Assembly: GCA_047495785.1 (NCBI GenBank)
Contig: JBLDXI010000036.1
Coordinates: 434,001 to 498,000 of the forward strand
Length of the DNA: 64,000 nucleotides
Source: Lepidodermella squamata
Taxonomy: Eukaryota; Animalia; Gastrotricha
Direction of reading: 5' to 3'
In this document: piece after piece, positions 38,219 to 50,185 of the stretch
How positions within the stretch are numbered: position 1 is the first letter of the stretch
Layout: each line of letters begins with the position of its first letter
Made by a program: the position numbers and the translations under genes
Notes under the pieces: model-generated
The model's input: the letters and a program-made list of their open reading frames with translations, nothing else
What the model was told of the DNA's origin: nothing
Databases searched by the model: none

Positions 38219-38728
38219 CTATCTCTTGACTCTTGAAGTTTCGAAGCATTGTAATACAAAGCGATCTACGAAGTTATCGTTATCTTCCCTTGTATTGCGC
38301 CCAAAATTGGTGACAAGCGACACTATTCTTGGAATCGAATAACTTCGAGCAGATAAATATAGAAAAACCAGGCTGTATTTGCCGCAAACATCGCTGTCCA
38401 TCGACTGCAGTGCTGTGTAGTTGAATGATTGAAACTTGCGGCCGCAGTTAACCATATTTTCCAGAAAATGATCAATGTGAACAGAATAGTTTGCCGGCTG
38501 CATGCCATAAGAATCCATGAATTTAACGTAGTCGGAATTGGCGTGAAGGGCTATCCAATGCGTTCCTGGCGATGAGCTGGGTGAGGCGTTAGCTATCAGA
38601 TACAACGGCCTCTCACTAACATCCCAGTTTTCGTAAAGTGGTAAATGATTGCATGGAATCGTCGCATACGTACCGAGAGATATTACCGGATCGGAACCGA
38701 GAAGCGAATTCAACTCCAAAGTGTTCAT
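38219..38728 (-). CDS. Adenain-like cysteine maturation protease
   Basis: PGTHWIA (His), FMDSYG (Asp), LQSMDSDVCGKY (Gln/Cys). Confidence 0.93.
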   Translation of the reverse strand: MNTLELNSLLGSDPVISLGTYATIPCNHLPLYENWDVSERPLYLIANASPSSSPGTHWIALHANSDYVKFMDSYGMQPANYSVHIDHFLENMVNCGRKFQSFNYTALQSMDSDVCGKYSLVFLYLSARSYSIPRIVSLVTNFGRNTREDNDNFVDRFVLQCFETSRVKR

Positions 38729-38738
38729 GAATAGTAAT

Positions 38739-40089
38739 TTAGAAGAAATTGTGAATTATCGTTCGGTTCGATTGAATTTCCAAAACTTTGTTTTTATACT
38801 CCATCAAGCAAATCAGCGTTGATGCTTCGGGTATTTTCTCGCTGAAGACAAGATTCATCTGCATTTGACCTGTCTGAATCAGCTTTCCGTTCGGGTCGCT
38901 GTCCAAACTCGTATCGAACCCAAGGATTGTTCCGCCATCACTAATGAACTGCTCTCGACTGATTTTAACACATTTCGAATTAGAGTGGGGAAAGATTGTA
39001 TCTTGCATCAACTGATAGATTCTGGAAACGTCGTTCGTTTTGAAGTTCATTGCCATTGGAGTGGACGAAATCGGCTTCCCATCAACCGTTATTGTAATTG
39101 AGCTCAAATTGTGATGCATGAAATTGAAGGGGTTCTTCTTTCCAACCCCCTGCAAAGTGTCGTCCGCAATTATGCCTGTAAGATTAAGAAAGAAAACGAA
39201 TGTACGATTCCAGTCAACTGCTTAAGAACCTACACATGATCAGTTTTGAGGGTAAAACTCCCAGAACGAGATTGTTCAGATGGATCGAAGTTACATTCAT
39301 AGGCAGGTTGAATGGTTTCGCCACAATATGATTGAAGGAATATTTAGCCGGAGCGACTTGCAATGCCCGCTCAAGGCCGATTACAACCTCGGGAGCTACT
39401 TCGACACGTCTCACGAGTAGAACACATTCAAGAATTGTGAAGTCGTATTTTGCGACATCATCACTCATGAGAAAGAATTCCTTCTTGTTTTGAGTTAATT
39501 TCAAACGAATAGGCACGTTTGGGATCAACCATTTTTCCTGGTTGAAAAAGTCAGTCTGAAGACGGCCGCATAGACTAATGACAGGGTTTTTGCTTGCGGT
39601 CTTCACCAGGTTTAGACGCTTTTTGAACCCTTCATTAGCAGTCAAGCTGTTCATTTGCCCGAAAGTATCCAAATACCAACCCGAGTTGGTCAACTTCGAG
39701 CTTTGAACATCTTCACTAGCCGATAGTAAGGTTTGAAGATAGCTCGAATAGGCATGAAGACTGGTGTTTTGAGTTATCAGAGTTTCTGAAACCCAGATAT
39801 GCACGTCCTGCCAAAGACTATTCAGCAAATTGTTGACAGGGGCGCAGTTGAAAAGGACATCGGTGACATTCTCGTCATCTGTCGTAATGCTAGCTCTAAT
39901 AGACAGGTAGCAGCGACTGAGATCGGTGTAGTGCTCACTTGGTGGAACTTGAAAAGTGATCTGCTGCCCCGATGTGATAGCCGATGTTGGGAAAACCTCA
40001 GTGAAATGGGTTCCGAGAACTTCTCGAGTGATCGGAGGTAACGCGAAGCTGGCTAGCTCTGCACGAATAGCATGAGTTTCTTCACTCAT
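38739..40089 (-). CDS. Major capsid protein (PY, double jelly-roll), 2 exons
   Basis: [45 protein letters not shown] motifs; intron 39176-39233. Confidence 0.92.
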
Positions 40090-40096
40090 CTCTGTA

Positions 40097-40181
40097 CTGG
40101 TTGGTTGGTTGGTTGGTTGGTGGGTGGGTTGGTTGGTTGGTTGGTTGGTGGGTGGGTTGGTTGGTTGGTTGGTTGGTTGGT
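40097..40181. repeat. (TGGT)n microsatellite immediately upstream of the MCP start codon
   Basis: About 21 tandem TGGT units with two TGGG interruptions. Confidence 0.9.
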
Positions 40182-40278
40182 AAGTGAGAACTAGAAACTA
40201 CGATTTTCCAAAGTTTTATTATTATAGTCTGATTTTCTAATCTTTACATAGTAGAAGTAGTAGTAGTAGTAGACTAAT

Positions 40279-40740
40279 TTAGAACAAGATGCGAGCATCA
40301 TTTCCAGTCTTCACTCGCTTTGATGGCATTATCATCGACAAAGTTCGTTTCGAATTTTTAGCTTTGTTCCGACGACGCTTTCGCGAACCCTGACCGTACT
40401 GATTGGCAATGTGACTGACCGCCTGTTTCCCAATACTAGATAGTCCTTCACTACCTCGGTTTTTAATGATTTCTCCAAGCTTGAGCTCGTTGCCTGATTG
40501 TTGGCGATCAGCAACATCTGAGGCAATGTTAGCAGTAGTAACAGCAGCAGTTCGTAATAGATTAGGTAAAAAAGGTAGAAGAGTCGAGCGAAAGAATGAA
40601 CGCAAAAACGAGCCCAGCCCATTCCCGCGCATGACCACAACAGATGGTCCAGTGAAGGGTTGGATTGATGAAGATCCGCCTCGACCGGTTTGCGAGAGAA
40701 ACCATGAATAATACTCATCACTTGAGATTGGAACACGCAT
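40279..40740 (-). CDS. Maverick PM-like / core protein with protease sites and an amphipathic helix
   Basis: QTGRG, MRGNGLGSFLRSFFRS..LP, QYGQG, followed by a basic RKRRR tail. Confidence 0.75.
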   Translation of the reverse strand: MRVPISSDEYYSWFLSQTGRGGSSSIQPFTGPSVVVMRGNGLGSFLRSFFRSTLLPFLPNLLRTAAVTTANIASDVADRQQSGNELKLGEIIKNRGSEGLSSIGKQAVSHIANQYGQGSRKRRRNKAKNSKRTLSMIMPSKRVKTGNDARILF

Positions 40741-40757
40741 ACTCTTGATGGTTTATT

Positions 40758-41906
40758 TTAACCCTGACGGATAGGTCTTACATGTAGAATAGCCAAAGAT
40801 TTGTTCGAGCCTGTGAATTTCACTTTAGACCCATCATCTTTACATAGTAAAATTGTAATGCAATCGAGAATCTGACTACGAATAGTATGGTAGTAAGGCA
40901 TCGATTGAGCAAAGTTCGTCACAGAAAACTGCTTCCGCGCATTGTCTCCAGTGCCAATAGGGAAAACCCTCAGTAATTCAACAGATTTGTCTCCTACGAT
41001 CGTCGGCTCAATTATATCGGTGTATGCGTAAATCAGAGGTGTGTGAAACCAAAGTTGGTGCGGAAAATCCGCCAGCAGTGGGTCTTTAACAGCTCTGTAT
41101 TGAATATCCGCAACCATCTTAGCGCTTCCATCTGAAGCTTTTTGGTACAGCGTCAGCGTTAAAATTCCACTCTCATCCTCGCTAAAGGTCCGTTTCGGAC
41201 CATGCATCGTCGTTATTCGCTTACCAGAGTCCTTCCCAGCCAAGATGAATTTTAAGACATGCGAAAACAAGGATAATTGTTCACGCTCATGCTTGACGCG
41301 TATCTCTTCTGCCTCTTCCGGTGTTTCCACAGCTGTAACATCCTCATGAGGTGGGACGTTGATTAAAAGCGTACCCTTTTCAAAGCCGAGAATTTGAGCC
41401 AAGAATTTTGGCAAGTAGATGCCATAGCCAACTTGTGGACAAAGTTCGATGCGGCTTTTCCGTTCGATAGGATACATAGTTATCATGAAGCCATCGGGTA
41501 TCGCGCTGTTCATGTCATCAATGAGCTCAGCAATTGAAGTGTAAACGCGATTGCCAACTACACACTCCCTGAATACATCAGGCTTGTCGAAAGGGGGTGT
41601 AATTAATCCATCCTCAGCCAAGTAGCTCGTTTTAAACACGTAAAATGATGTCTTCTCGACAGTAATCATCTCAGCAGGGTGAGTTATTTCTACCAGGGCG
41701 ACTTCATGCGAATTCATGAATCCTAAATCTGATTACCATGAAGATTATAACAGAAACTTTTCAGAATTTATTTGAAATTTACCTATTGGATGTGGCAGCT
41801 TGATTTTGAACTCGGCCGCATTATTGTTGGGATACAGAGATTCGCAAGCATGGCTCGGGAGATGGATAAAGAATTCGCGTCTGAAATAGCTACTGTGATG
41901 ACTCAT
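40758..41906 (-). CDS. Minor capsid protein (penton, PX), 2 exons
   Basis: Exon 1 FFIHLPS...YPNNNAAEFKIKLPHPI, intron 41729-41782, then EVALVEI ... IYAYTDIIEPTIVGD..LLRVFP ... LHVRP. Confidence 0.88.
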
Positions 41907-42294
41907 TGAAAACAGGATCAAAGCTGATGTCTGTTGACTTCAGGTGGCAAAAGGGCAAGTTTTCAGTCGACGCTGCAGCTACTGCTGTTGTTGTTAATTT
42001 CGGTGATTGTGTCCACAGAAGCGGCAGGTATACTAACACCGAGGATAACAAGAGCAAAATCAAGCTAAGGACCAGTACAGTAATTTTCTTTGAGCGGTCT
42101 GAAAGCTGTGAAAAAACGGCACTAGGACTGGGCGAAACCTGCGGTGCTCGTAGATTGTTCGTAAAGTATTGACGAATTTGTTGAAATGTTAATTGGTGTG
42201 ATTCATTCGAACGTGACGAAGCGTTACGTCGTAGATTGCCCGAAATTTCAGGGTTGGAACTTGACTGCATTATTGAAGTAGCCTTTATATGCAA
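41890..42294 (-). CDS. Small single-pass membrane protein of unknown function
   Basis: Hydrophobic stretch ITVLVLSLILLLLSSVLVYLPLLW; lies between the integrase and penton genes. Confidence 0.5.
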   Translation of the reverse strand: MHIKATSIMQSSSNPEISGNLRRNASSRSNESHQLTFQQIRQYFTNNLRAPQVSPSPSAVFSQLSDRSKKITVLVLSLILLLLSSVLVYLPLLWTQSPKLTTTAVAAASTENLPFCHLKSTDISFDPVFNESSQ

Positions 42295-42345
42295 CAGTGT
42301 CGGTAGATTTCAAGGTGGCAGCAAGGCATCTCCCTTTACATAGTT

Positions 42346-43464
42346 TCAAACGTGTTGCAGCTCATAATCGTAGAGGACACGTTTTAATTCCTTGGCTCTC
42401 GTATTCAGCTCAGGTGAGACACGGTAAGCCACAGTGGAGTGATCGTTCGCCGGTAGGACATTGGTCACGAAATAATAATCCTCACTAAACGTAGGATCTT
42501 TGACTCGATTTCGAAATGTTTTTCGCACCTCCTTGATACGAACTCGATCACCAACTCTGAAGTTGACTCGAACTTTACGCAGTTTCTTATTGACTTTGAA
42601 CACGTTTCGAAAGGCTGAGTAGTTATCCACATGCTCCTCGTAGACATTCATGACTCCTGGTTGACTGAGATCTTCATTTATCACTGGATCATGCCTCCAC
42701 AGTTGGCTTGGAGACATTCCAGTCGTTTTGTTCACGCAGTGGTTAATTGAATCGACAAAGTCCTGCAACTTGTCAACGAACCGTTTTGTGTCGTTTGCCA
42801 TCATGTACCTCACGATCCGAGACCTCAAATTGAAAATAAAGGTCTCAATACTTCCGACCTTCTTCGTGGACTCGGAAAGATAAATGCTGGATCCAATCTG
42901 CTTCAAATAAGCCTTAACTTTAAAGTCCTTGAATTCAGATCCTGCGAATTAATTATCCAATGGTCTTAACAGTAGCTATATAATCACAAATGAGTCACCT
43001 TTATCGGTCAGCACCTGTGACGGAACTATGCCTGCATCAGTGACAATCTCTTTGAGAGCCTCCAATACTACCGCTCCGGTCTTGTTTTTGCATGCACGTG
43101 CCCATGAGTAGCGCGTAAACAAGTCCTTTATCACAAGCACATACTTTTTCTTGAAATTGTGCCACTGAAAAGGTTTCGTCAGCTCCAACAAGTCGGCGGC
43201 AAAACACGATCCTTTGGCAAAGATCGCTACTCTGCGATAAAGCTTCCTGTTGCGAGTTGACGCTTGTCGAAACCTAGAATATGCCGGTTGTTGGCTGAGC
43301 CAATGTTTAACCGATTTAAGCGTGATTAGTTTGTTGCCTAGGGCCCGCTTTTTCGCAGCAGCGTACACTGCTTGCACACCTCGGAAACTACTAGATAAAC
43401 TAGGACTGTAATATAACGGATGAAGTATGTCATCGAGATCGGTGAATTCAACTTCATTTAGCAT
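42346..43464 (-). CDS. Maverick retroviral-like (rve) integrase, 2 exons
   Basis: YY.P, V..WL..Q.AY, AADL (D), KYVLVIKDLFTRY.W, TDKG|SEF (D), IETF (E), FRVGDRVRI, YDYELQ; intron 42942-42998. Confidence 0.93.
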
Positions 43465-43566
43465 GATTGAAAAGTTTTATTCGAAAGCAATGTCAGAAGT
43501 TTCTATTTATGCATTTTAGAATCAGAATTATCATGTCCCCAAGCAAAAGAAAATCATTAAAGAAGT

Positions 43567-46500
43567 TCAGTAGCCAAAAGGTTTCGTTTTGTAACTTTCA
43601 GTGTCTGTTATAACTCGTTTGTGATATTTGAATGATAGGTTTTTCATAACCTCCATTATCATCACTCGGGCGTAATCGGTGTGGTATCGACGCCACAGAG
43701 TTTGCTGCAGTTGAATTGAATCACCTTCATTCGCAACCTTCATAAGATTGAGCAGCTTATCGAAGTCAACCTTATTCTTGACAGCCTGGTTCTGGGTGAA
43801 ACCTTTCAGTTTCATGCTCAAGTTACCCTTATTAGTAACATACGAGTACGTCTTCGGGGCAAGCGCTAAAAATCTTGTAGACCACAATGTGCAAACGGTT
43901 GATTAAAACATTTGTTTGCAAATAGAAATCTACCTTTCAATGTGTTCTCCTTCCGATAGTTCATTCGACCAACTACCTAGATAGCTGCCTCGGTTCAATG
44001 GTTCAGGCCCATCTGGTTTCGAAATGTAGATGCAGCTGTCGGTGTCGCAATACAATGCAACACCTTGTAGATGCCGTAGCTGCTCAAAGAGAATCAATCG
44101 AGCTTCAGCGGTAATCATTGCAGCTGTGACGATATTTGCACATGGAATTGTGGGTTGGAACTCAAGCTTCTTCGCATGACCAATGCGCATTTTTTCACCA
44201 GTTGGGCACCCATCATATTCGTCAGCTAGCTCAGGCTTCAACCCATCAGAGTCATCCTCACGGTGAAAAACAGTCAGATCTTGAACGATGCAACCAGGTT
44301 GATTGAGGATTTTGACTAGTTCCATGGGTGAGTCAACGTAGGTGTAGTCGACGGAGTCGGATCGAAGTCCCAACTTGCCATAAGCTATAGTTACGTATCA
44401 GTCAAATCTAATCCATCACTACACTCCAAGCTAAAACTTACCACTGTTGAGAATCAGTTTTCCGATTTGTCTCATTGCAGCATTCGGTCGACTCAGCTTG
44501 ACCCGATTAAGCTCAATGCCATAGAGCTTACGACAGTTGTTGACATAGTCCTCAACTTCTGATTCATTGCAACCGCTGGCCTCCAGTTTGATCTTTTGAG
44601 ATAAAGATAAAAGATGAAATTTCATGAACGGCAAAATGCTAACGTATTTACTTTTAGCATTGCATAAATGAATGATCGGAAGAGGTTCGACGTTTTGCTG
44701 TTGTAGTGATATGACTCTAACATACCGTCAACAATTAGAAGACGAATATCGCACATGTCTCAAGAAATTTACCGTAAAACCTGAGAACTTGATACATTTC
44801 CAACTCAAGTCCACGTCGTAGTTCTGAAGTTGAGACAAACACATTGAATGCCCGCTCTTCGTCAGCATGCTGACATTGCTCCTGGCATTCTTCCTCGGCA
44901 CATGTACGGCATAGCGTAAACAAAAGGCGACCCTTGGCTGTTCGGTATGGAATGCATGGTAGGTAGAATCCTGCAAGTTGATTGAACGATTGATTATATA
45001 TTTTGCAAATTTGGAGAATTTGAACCTCGATTGGGCAGTAGTAGAACATGCACCATTCCAAAGGTCGGATTTTCAGCATTGAAAAAGTGATGCCGGAGTT
45101 TCAAGTCATCGTTGCGCCAGTCCAATACCTTGTGATCGACTGGGCCAACAGGGAAGAAGATTTCTTTGAAGCCATTTGAATCTGAACCTAATACGACAGG
45201 ATTTGACATATTTGCTCAAGTAGTTCTAATCCTACCAATCCTTCCACTGAGCACTGATGGGTATAGGGATACAACATCGATGTATTTGATGGTTTCACCT
45301 GGCTGAGCTTGGTGATGCAGTTGGAACACCTACGCAAACTAGAACACTTAACTTTTTTGTTTTCGAGGAGGTCGAGTATCACCTCTGTCCGGCCACCAAA
45401 GTATCCCATTCGAGGATTCACAGCGCTGACAACATTGACACACCTTTCGATGTACTCCACAATTCGCACATCGGCTTCTTCGAGCATCTTCTTCGCCTGA
45501 CATCCCCAGATGGAAATTACCTTGTAGCCGGAGTTGATGATGGCCTGCTCACGCTTGATAGTTTCATCGTACAGTTTGTGGAACGGTAGGCGCCTTGTTG
45601 GTTGTATTTGCTTCGGATCGTAGCAAGTTGGGCAGCCATGGATGTAGTCACCATAATATTCCCAGAGAGTAATCACACCGGTGGTTTCATCAACAGACCA
45701 ACCATCAGGTCTCGCAAATCGTAACCCATTACCATTTTCAAGGTAGAAAGTTTTTTCGCCATTCGAGTTTCCCGCATGCTTGATGTCGATGCCAAGGGTA
45801 GTGGCCATGTAATCCAACCAGATAACAGATTCTCGTGAGCACCTCGCACTGGTATTAGGTTTCATTAGCCAATTTCTTAAATTCTAACAACCTGACCAAA
45901 ACTCACTTTGACCCATAGCCCATAGGAGGAACCAGATGCATGGGTGTTGACGGGTCCAAGTATAGAAAGCGTAATATCAAACTTGCAAGAGCAGCCAATG
46001 TGCGACATTCTGAACACTCAGATCAGGGTAAATGAAGATATTCACAAGTTTCAGGACTCACCCAACAGAGGATCGATTCCAAGTGGGGCTTTGACAGGAT
46101 CGATTGTGATCTCCTTGATCGTTTCCCGGAATTTCAGAATTCCGAATCGGAGAACATCAACATCAGCGATGCAGTAACTAGTCGCTGTGGCTTTTAGATT
46201 GAAAACTGCATCATGGTTAGCAGCGATATGCTCCTTCAATTTTTCGAGTTTGACCGGCGACATATTGCTCGTGTCGTAGCTTTCGATAGTTGGCCACGCG
46301 GTGTCAGTAGAATTCTCCCAGTTTTCAGGTGTAAGAAGTAGATAGGGAAAAAATTCTTTCACGATGCCCTGGGGAAGATCAAAACACTGTGGCAACTTTT
46401 CCAGCGATGTGTAAGTGAACAGGTATAAATCTCGGAACAGAATAGCCGAATTTTCAACGTTCAACTCCATCAGAGAACTACCGTGCTGAATTTGGGTGAA

Positions 46501-48734
46501 ATTCAAGTCACTAGTTTGCAGGAATCTGTTTAAATTGTTCAATTTCAAATTTTATGATAAAGGCTGCTGTTGTTCAAGACTAGTTACCGTAGAATGAAGA
46601 AATGATCGAATCTGTAAATTATCATTTTATCACTATCATCGTTTTACTCGGCGGATTAAATCTGATCTCACCTTGCACCGTTTTGACTGATCAAGATTAT
46701 TCCAGGGTGTATTCGTAGAACATAGCGTACAAACGTCCCAATAGCGGTTGAATCGGCCGATTGTGACGCGAACACAAGCTGTCTCCGAGCACCACATTTG
46801 GCTGGACATGGAACATTCATTGGCGACTCGCAGCAAGAGTCACAGAAGACTTGCAGTACCACGAGTACGGGAATCAGCTCACCGTTGGACGAGCGGCGCA
46901 CAGATTCAACGTCCCATGCGCCAAACTTGACGGTTTTACCAGGCTTTACCACTTTCAACTTGGGGATTTGTAGTTTGCAATCGTGCTCGTTTTTCTCACC
47001 GTAGGGTGGAAGCTCTTCGCTACACGTTGGGCATGTTCTTGGTTTACCTAGGTATATCCGCTATACAAGGGTTGGGTTTTGCTTTCAACTTACAATTATG
47101 CTTTGGTTTGTAACTTTGAGTTATCACCCGAGCACACCGGTTACAAAAGTAACGCGTCTGGCAAATCGACCGTCGTTGGTTGTCTCTTACGTTCGGTTTA
47201 AGATGCTGTTCGAAGCATTCTCGATTGTAATACGAGTTGTTGCAGGGGCCAGTGCAAAGGATCGGCTTTTCACGTCTCTCCTTGCAGTTCATTGTTGCAG
47301 AGTGGCATCTGTCGCATCGATTCACACACTTGTGTCGGATCAAATCCTTCGTCATGAACCAGCATGATCCGCAAATACTCTTCCTACCAGATATTTCACC
47401 TGTGCAACCTAGGTTTCGGACTGGATGACGATGTATCGATAGAGTGAGACGGTTACTTACTTTTCAAAGCGTGGTAGTGCGACAAGCTTGTGGCTGCAGG
47501 CCCACGGTTTTGATGAAGTCTGTTGTTTGCGTAGCCAATGTATATTCGCTTCTCACCATCGACTTGGGGACCTTCAGGGTAGACGGTTGTGATCCGACGA
47601 GTTGCGAAATTGTATATTATTCCTAAGTTTAAAAGATGTGCACTTTTCCTTCATTCAGCCACTCACTCCTTCGCTCACCTCTATACCCATGTCCAAATGA
47701 GTCAATCAATTGTTTGAAATGTGAAACTCCGTAGGCAGGAAGGTTAAGCGGGATTCCTGCTATGTTCATCTGCTCAACAGCCAGATCTCCCAAATTACTG
47801 TAGCAACGACTAGCCGGTTGGTTGATAGCCCACAATTGTTGCTTGAGCCTTCCAAACTCTCGTTTCGCTTGAGCCCTCTCATCAGCATCGGAAATGTTTC
47901 TGCATGCTATTGAAGCCAATTTTGAATCGCGGTAAGCCTTCGATAGCATGGTTGCCCTTATTAAGCAGTAGTTGTCTGTAGTATTAACAATTCGCATGAC
48001 TTCGTTGCAACTAGTAATGGAATCGAACGCAGTCATTTCCAAACGCAGACGTTTGAACTCAGGTTTCGGTCCACCACCTTCACATTCAGCTTCAGCTTCG
48101 ATTTCTGTAACTTTCACTCGAAAGATGTTGAAAAACCATCCTATTTTAAAATTAAAATCACGCCAATATTTGATGTTTGGCACTAGGTAAGATGTACCCA
48201 TATTCATAGATGGAGATATTTTCGATTGTAGAACACGTTCTGCCGTTTTCATGATGAACATTCCGGTGAGTTCAGCCACACGCACGTACGGGGTCAAGAT
48301 GGGCGTTACCAGGTCGTCGTGGATACACTCCACTCTGACTACATCTCTATAGGTTTTGATAGGTTCAATGAAGAGACTATTAGAAATTATAACACAATTT
48401 ACCGTGCAGGAAATTGTCGCTTTACTGTTTGCGCAATTGACTCGAAGAAAAGATGAATCGAAACCAGTAGCGTCAGAATGTCATCGGTCGTAACCCAGTT
48501 GAATCCCAAATCTTCCGTGTTGGGACTGAGCTCTCCAGCACCTAGTTGCATTAGAGGCAATGTTGCGCCTTGTGCATATTTATGGACATCCATGCGGTAC
48601 AAAGGGCTGTACTCATGAAAGCCTAGATGTATTAAACTCGATAACTCTTGAGACATTATTTGAAAAATGTGATAAATCCCCATCTTTTTGCACAGCTTAA
48701 ATACAACACTTTTAATTGGATCGTGAGAACTCAT
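43567..48734 (-). CDS. pPolB: Protein-primed family B DNA polymerase with terminal-protein region, OTU-like and Vsr-like domains; more than 12 exons
   Basis: Spliced motifs: ERVLQS (TP region), DNYCLIRA...HYH (OTU Cys/His), Cys-rich fingers, WDVES (ExoI), NGAR|FD (ExoII), YCIADVDVL (ExoIII), PDGW..WEYYG..HGC (Vsr-like), GGRTE, DVVSLYP, KLILNS|AYGK, YCDTDS, PKTY, KGF, PFGY. Exact start codon uncertain (48656 or 48734). Confidence 0.93.
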
Positions 48735-48852
48735 TATTTTATTTCAGACGCCTGGCACATCATGTCTGCCCCGCTAGACAAAAACTTTCAGACAAAACAA
48801 AAACACATGCAATTATTCTGCATGAGAGTTGATCGAATTCAATTAGTAAGAT

Positions 48853-49335
48853 CTACGGGGATGTTGGGTTGTAAATTGGGCTTGCAGATCCTGCAGCTAC
48901 AACCTCGCCATTTGTTTGTTCTCCAGATGGTAGCGACGATGGCGGCGGCGGCGGCGGTGATGTAGGTGCGTATGTAGGGGATGGTGGCATCGCATCGCGC
49001 TCGGCTTCTTCTTCTTCTTCTTCATCATCATCGTCATCATTAGCAGTGTCTTCTTGCCAATTGATGGCCGCCGTTATTTCGTCGGCGAGCTCCGACTCGT
49101 CTTCGGATGATCCTAAGCTGATCACTTCATCCGATAGCCGGCGCCTAGCAGTAATTCGAGGTAACAGCCAGTTCGACTCAACTCGCTTGGCGATCGACTC
49201 AGATGTCTGAGTACCAATTGAACAGGACTTGATGAAGAGATGGTCAGCTGGGCGCGAAATTGTTGATGATCTTCGATGAGTGATGACATGGCTTTCGTCC
49301 TCCGATTTTTCAATAGTAATCATTGCACGCTTCAT
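48853..49335 (-). CDS. Acidic low-complexity protein with a SIM-like motif and two Pol II CTD-like heptads
   Basis: EVISLGSSEDES, a poly-D/E tract, SPT-YAPTSPP and SPI-YNPTSP at the C-terminus. Confidence 0.6.
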   Translation of the reverse strand: MKRAMITIEKSEDESHVITHRRSSTISRPADHLFIKSCSIGTQTSESIAKRVESNWLLPRITARRRLSDEVISLGSSEDESELADEITAAINWQEDTANDDDDDEEEEEEAERDAMPPSPTYAPTSPPPPPPSSLPSGEQTNGEVVAAGSASPIYNPTSP

Positions 49336-49387
49336 GATAGCTGGTCGACTTTTGTGCTAATAATAATATAGCTGCTGATAAAACTGT

Positions 49388-49981
49388 TCAGACTACTAGG
49401 CAGTAATTTGCAATGGCAGTCAAAAAGTCTTGAATGTGAGTCGTTAGGTTGCTCATATCTTCGCCACCACCGCAGCCAGTCAAGCATATTCGCCCTGTAT
49501 GAAACAGGTTTACACATATTCTAGTACCGAACACATGTTTGCACCGCATCGCAGGAAACCTTGTCAGATCTAATTTCACTTGTTCGCAGATTGTGGTAAT
49601 TTCCGACGCGAGACAGGGCCCTAATTGGGGTTTAAAAGGCAATTTACCAGTAAGCGCGCGATTAACCACTCGGTAGTTCGTGAAAGTAATTCGTGCGTCT
49701 AGTTTTCGCTGCATTCGTCTTGCCAGTTGCCTTGCTACGGTTTTAGATTCCGTAAATTTGACATTCTCTCCAGGCGGTCTCGTCATTAGTAAGACGGTTT
49801 TTCCATTGCCAAAAACCAGTGCGGTATATTTCACTGGTTTAAATTGTTTGATAATAACAGCGTTCGGGAACGATTTCTTGATTTCACAAAATTTGAACTG
49901 CTTCATTACTTTACGGAGAGGTAAACGAACATTCAAGTTAAAAACTGAGACAATATTTCTGATATATAATTCAACTTCCAT
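49388..49981 (-). CDS. TBP-like: Divergent TATA-binding protein (TBP)-like protein, intronless, encoded by the Maverick
   Basis: Two TBP repeats: RNIVSVFNL..L.L...KSFPNAVII...P..TALVFGNGKTV...ARQLARRMQ...F.NYRVVN...F...TRFPAM...RICVNLFHTGRICLTG, aligning with TBP QNIV..KRFAAVI..TALIFSSGKMV..ELFPGL..LLIFVSGKVVLTG. Confidence 0.85.
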   Translation of the reverse strand: MEVELYIRNIVSVFNLNVRLPLRKVMKQFKFCEIKKSFPNAVIIKQFKPVKYTALVFGNGKTVLLMTRPPGENVKFTESKTVARQLARRMQRKLDARITFTNYRVVNRALTGKLPFKPQLGPCLASEITTICEQVKLDLTRFPAMRCKHVFGTRICVNLFHTGRICLTGCGGGEDMSNLTTHIQDFLTAIANYCLVV

Positions 49982-50185
49982 TTAAAAAAAAAACTGAGCA
50001 ACTGACACATTTCAACGTTTCACCATTTATTTAATTATTTCGCAAAAAAAATCCAAAAGCATTCTAATTTCTGCTGAAGCCTATGCATGCATGCATGCTT
50101 GGTTTTTCCCTATAAGTAAAGTAATGTGATTTTCATTGTGTAAGTCTCTCGCTGTTTTCTTGCGATTCATTTCAGTTTGCTGCAT

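Noticed and set aside
43567-48734. pPolB as a fragmented pseudogene
   Set aside because: The breaks I traced coincide with GT-AG introns, and splicing restores the catalytic motifs.
49388-49981. Host TBP or TRF2 gene
   Set aside because: Far too divergent, lacks an N-terminal domain and introns, lies between the TIRs, and retains Phe residues that TRF2 loses.
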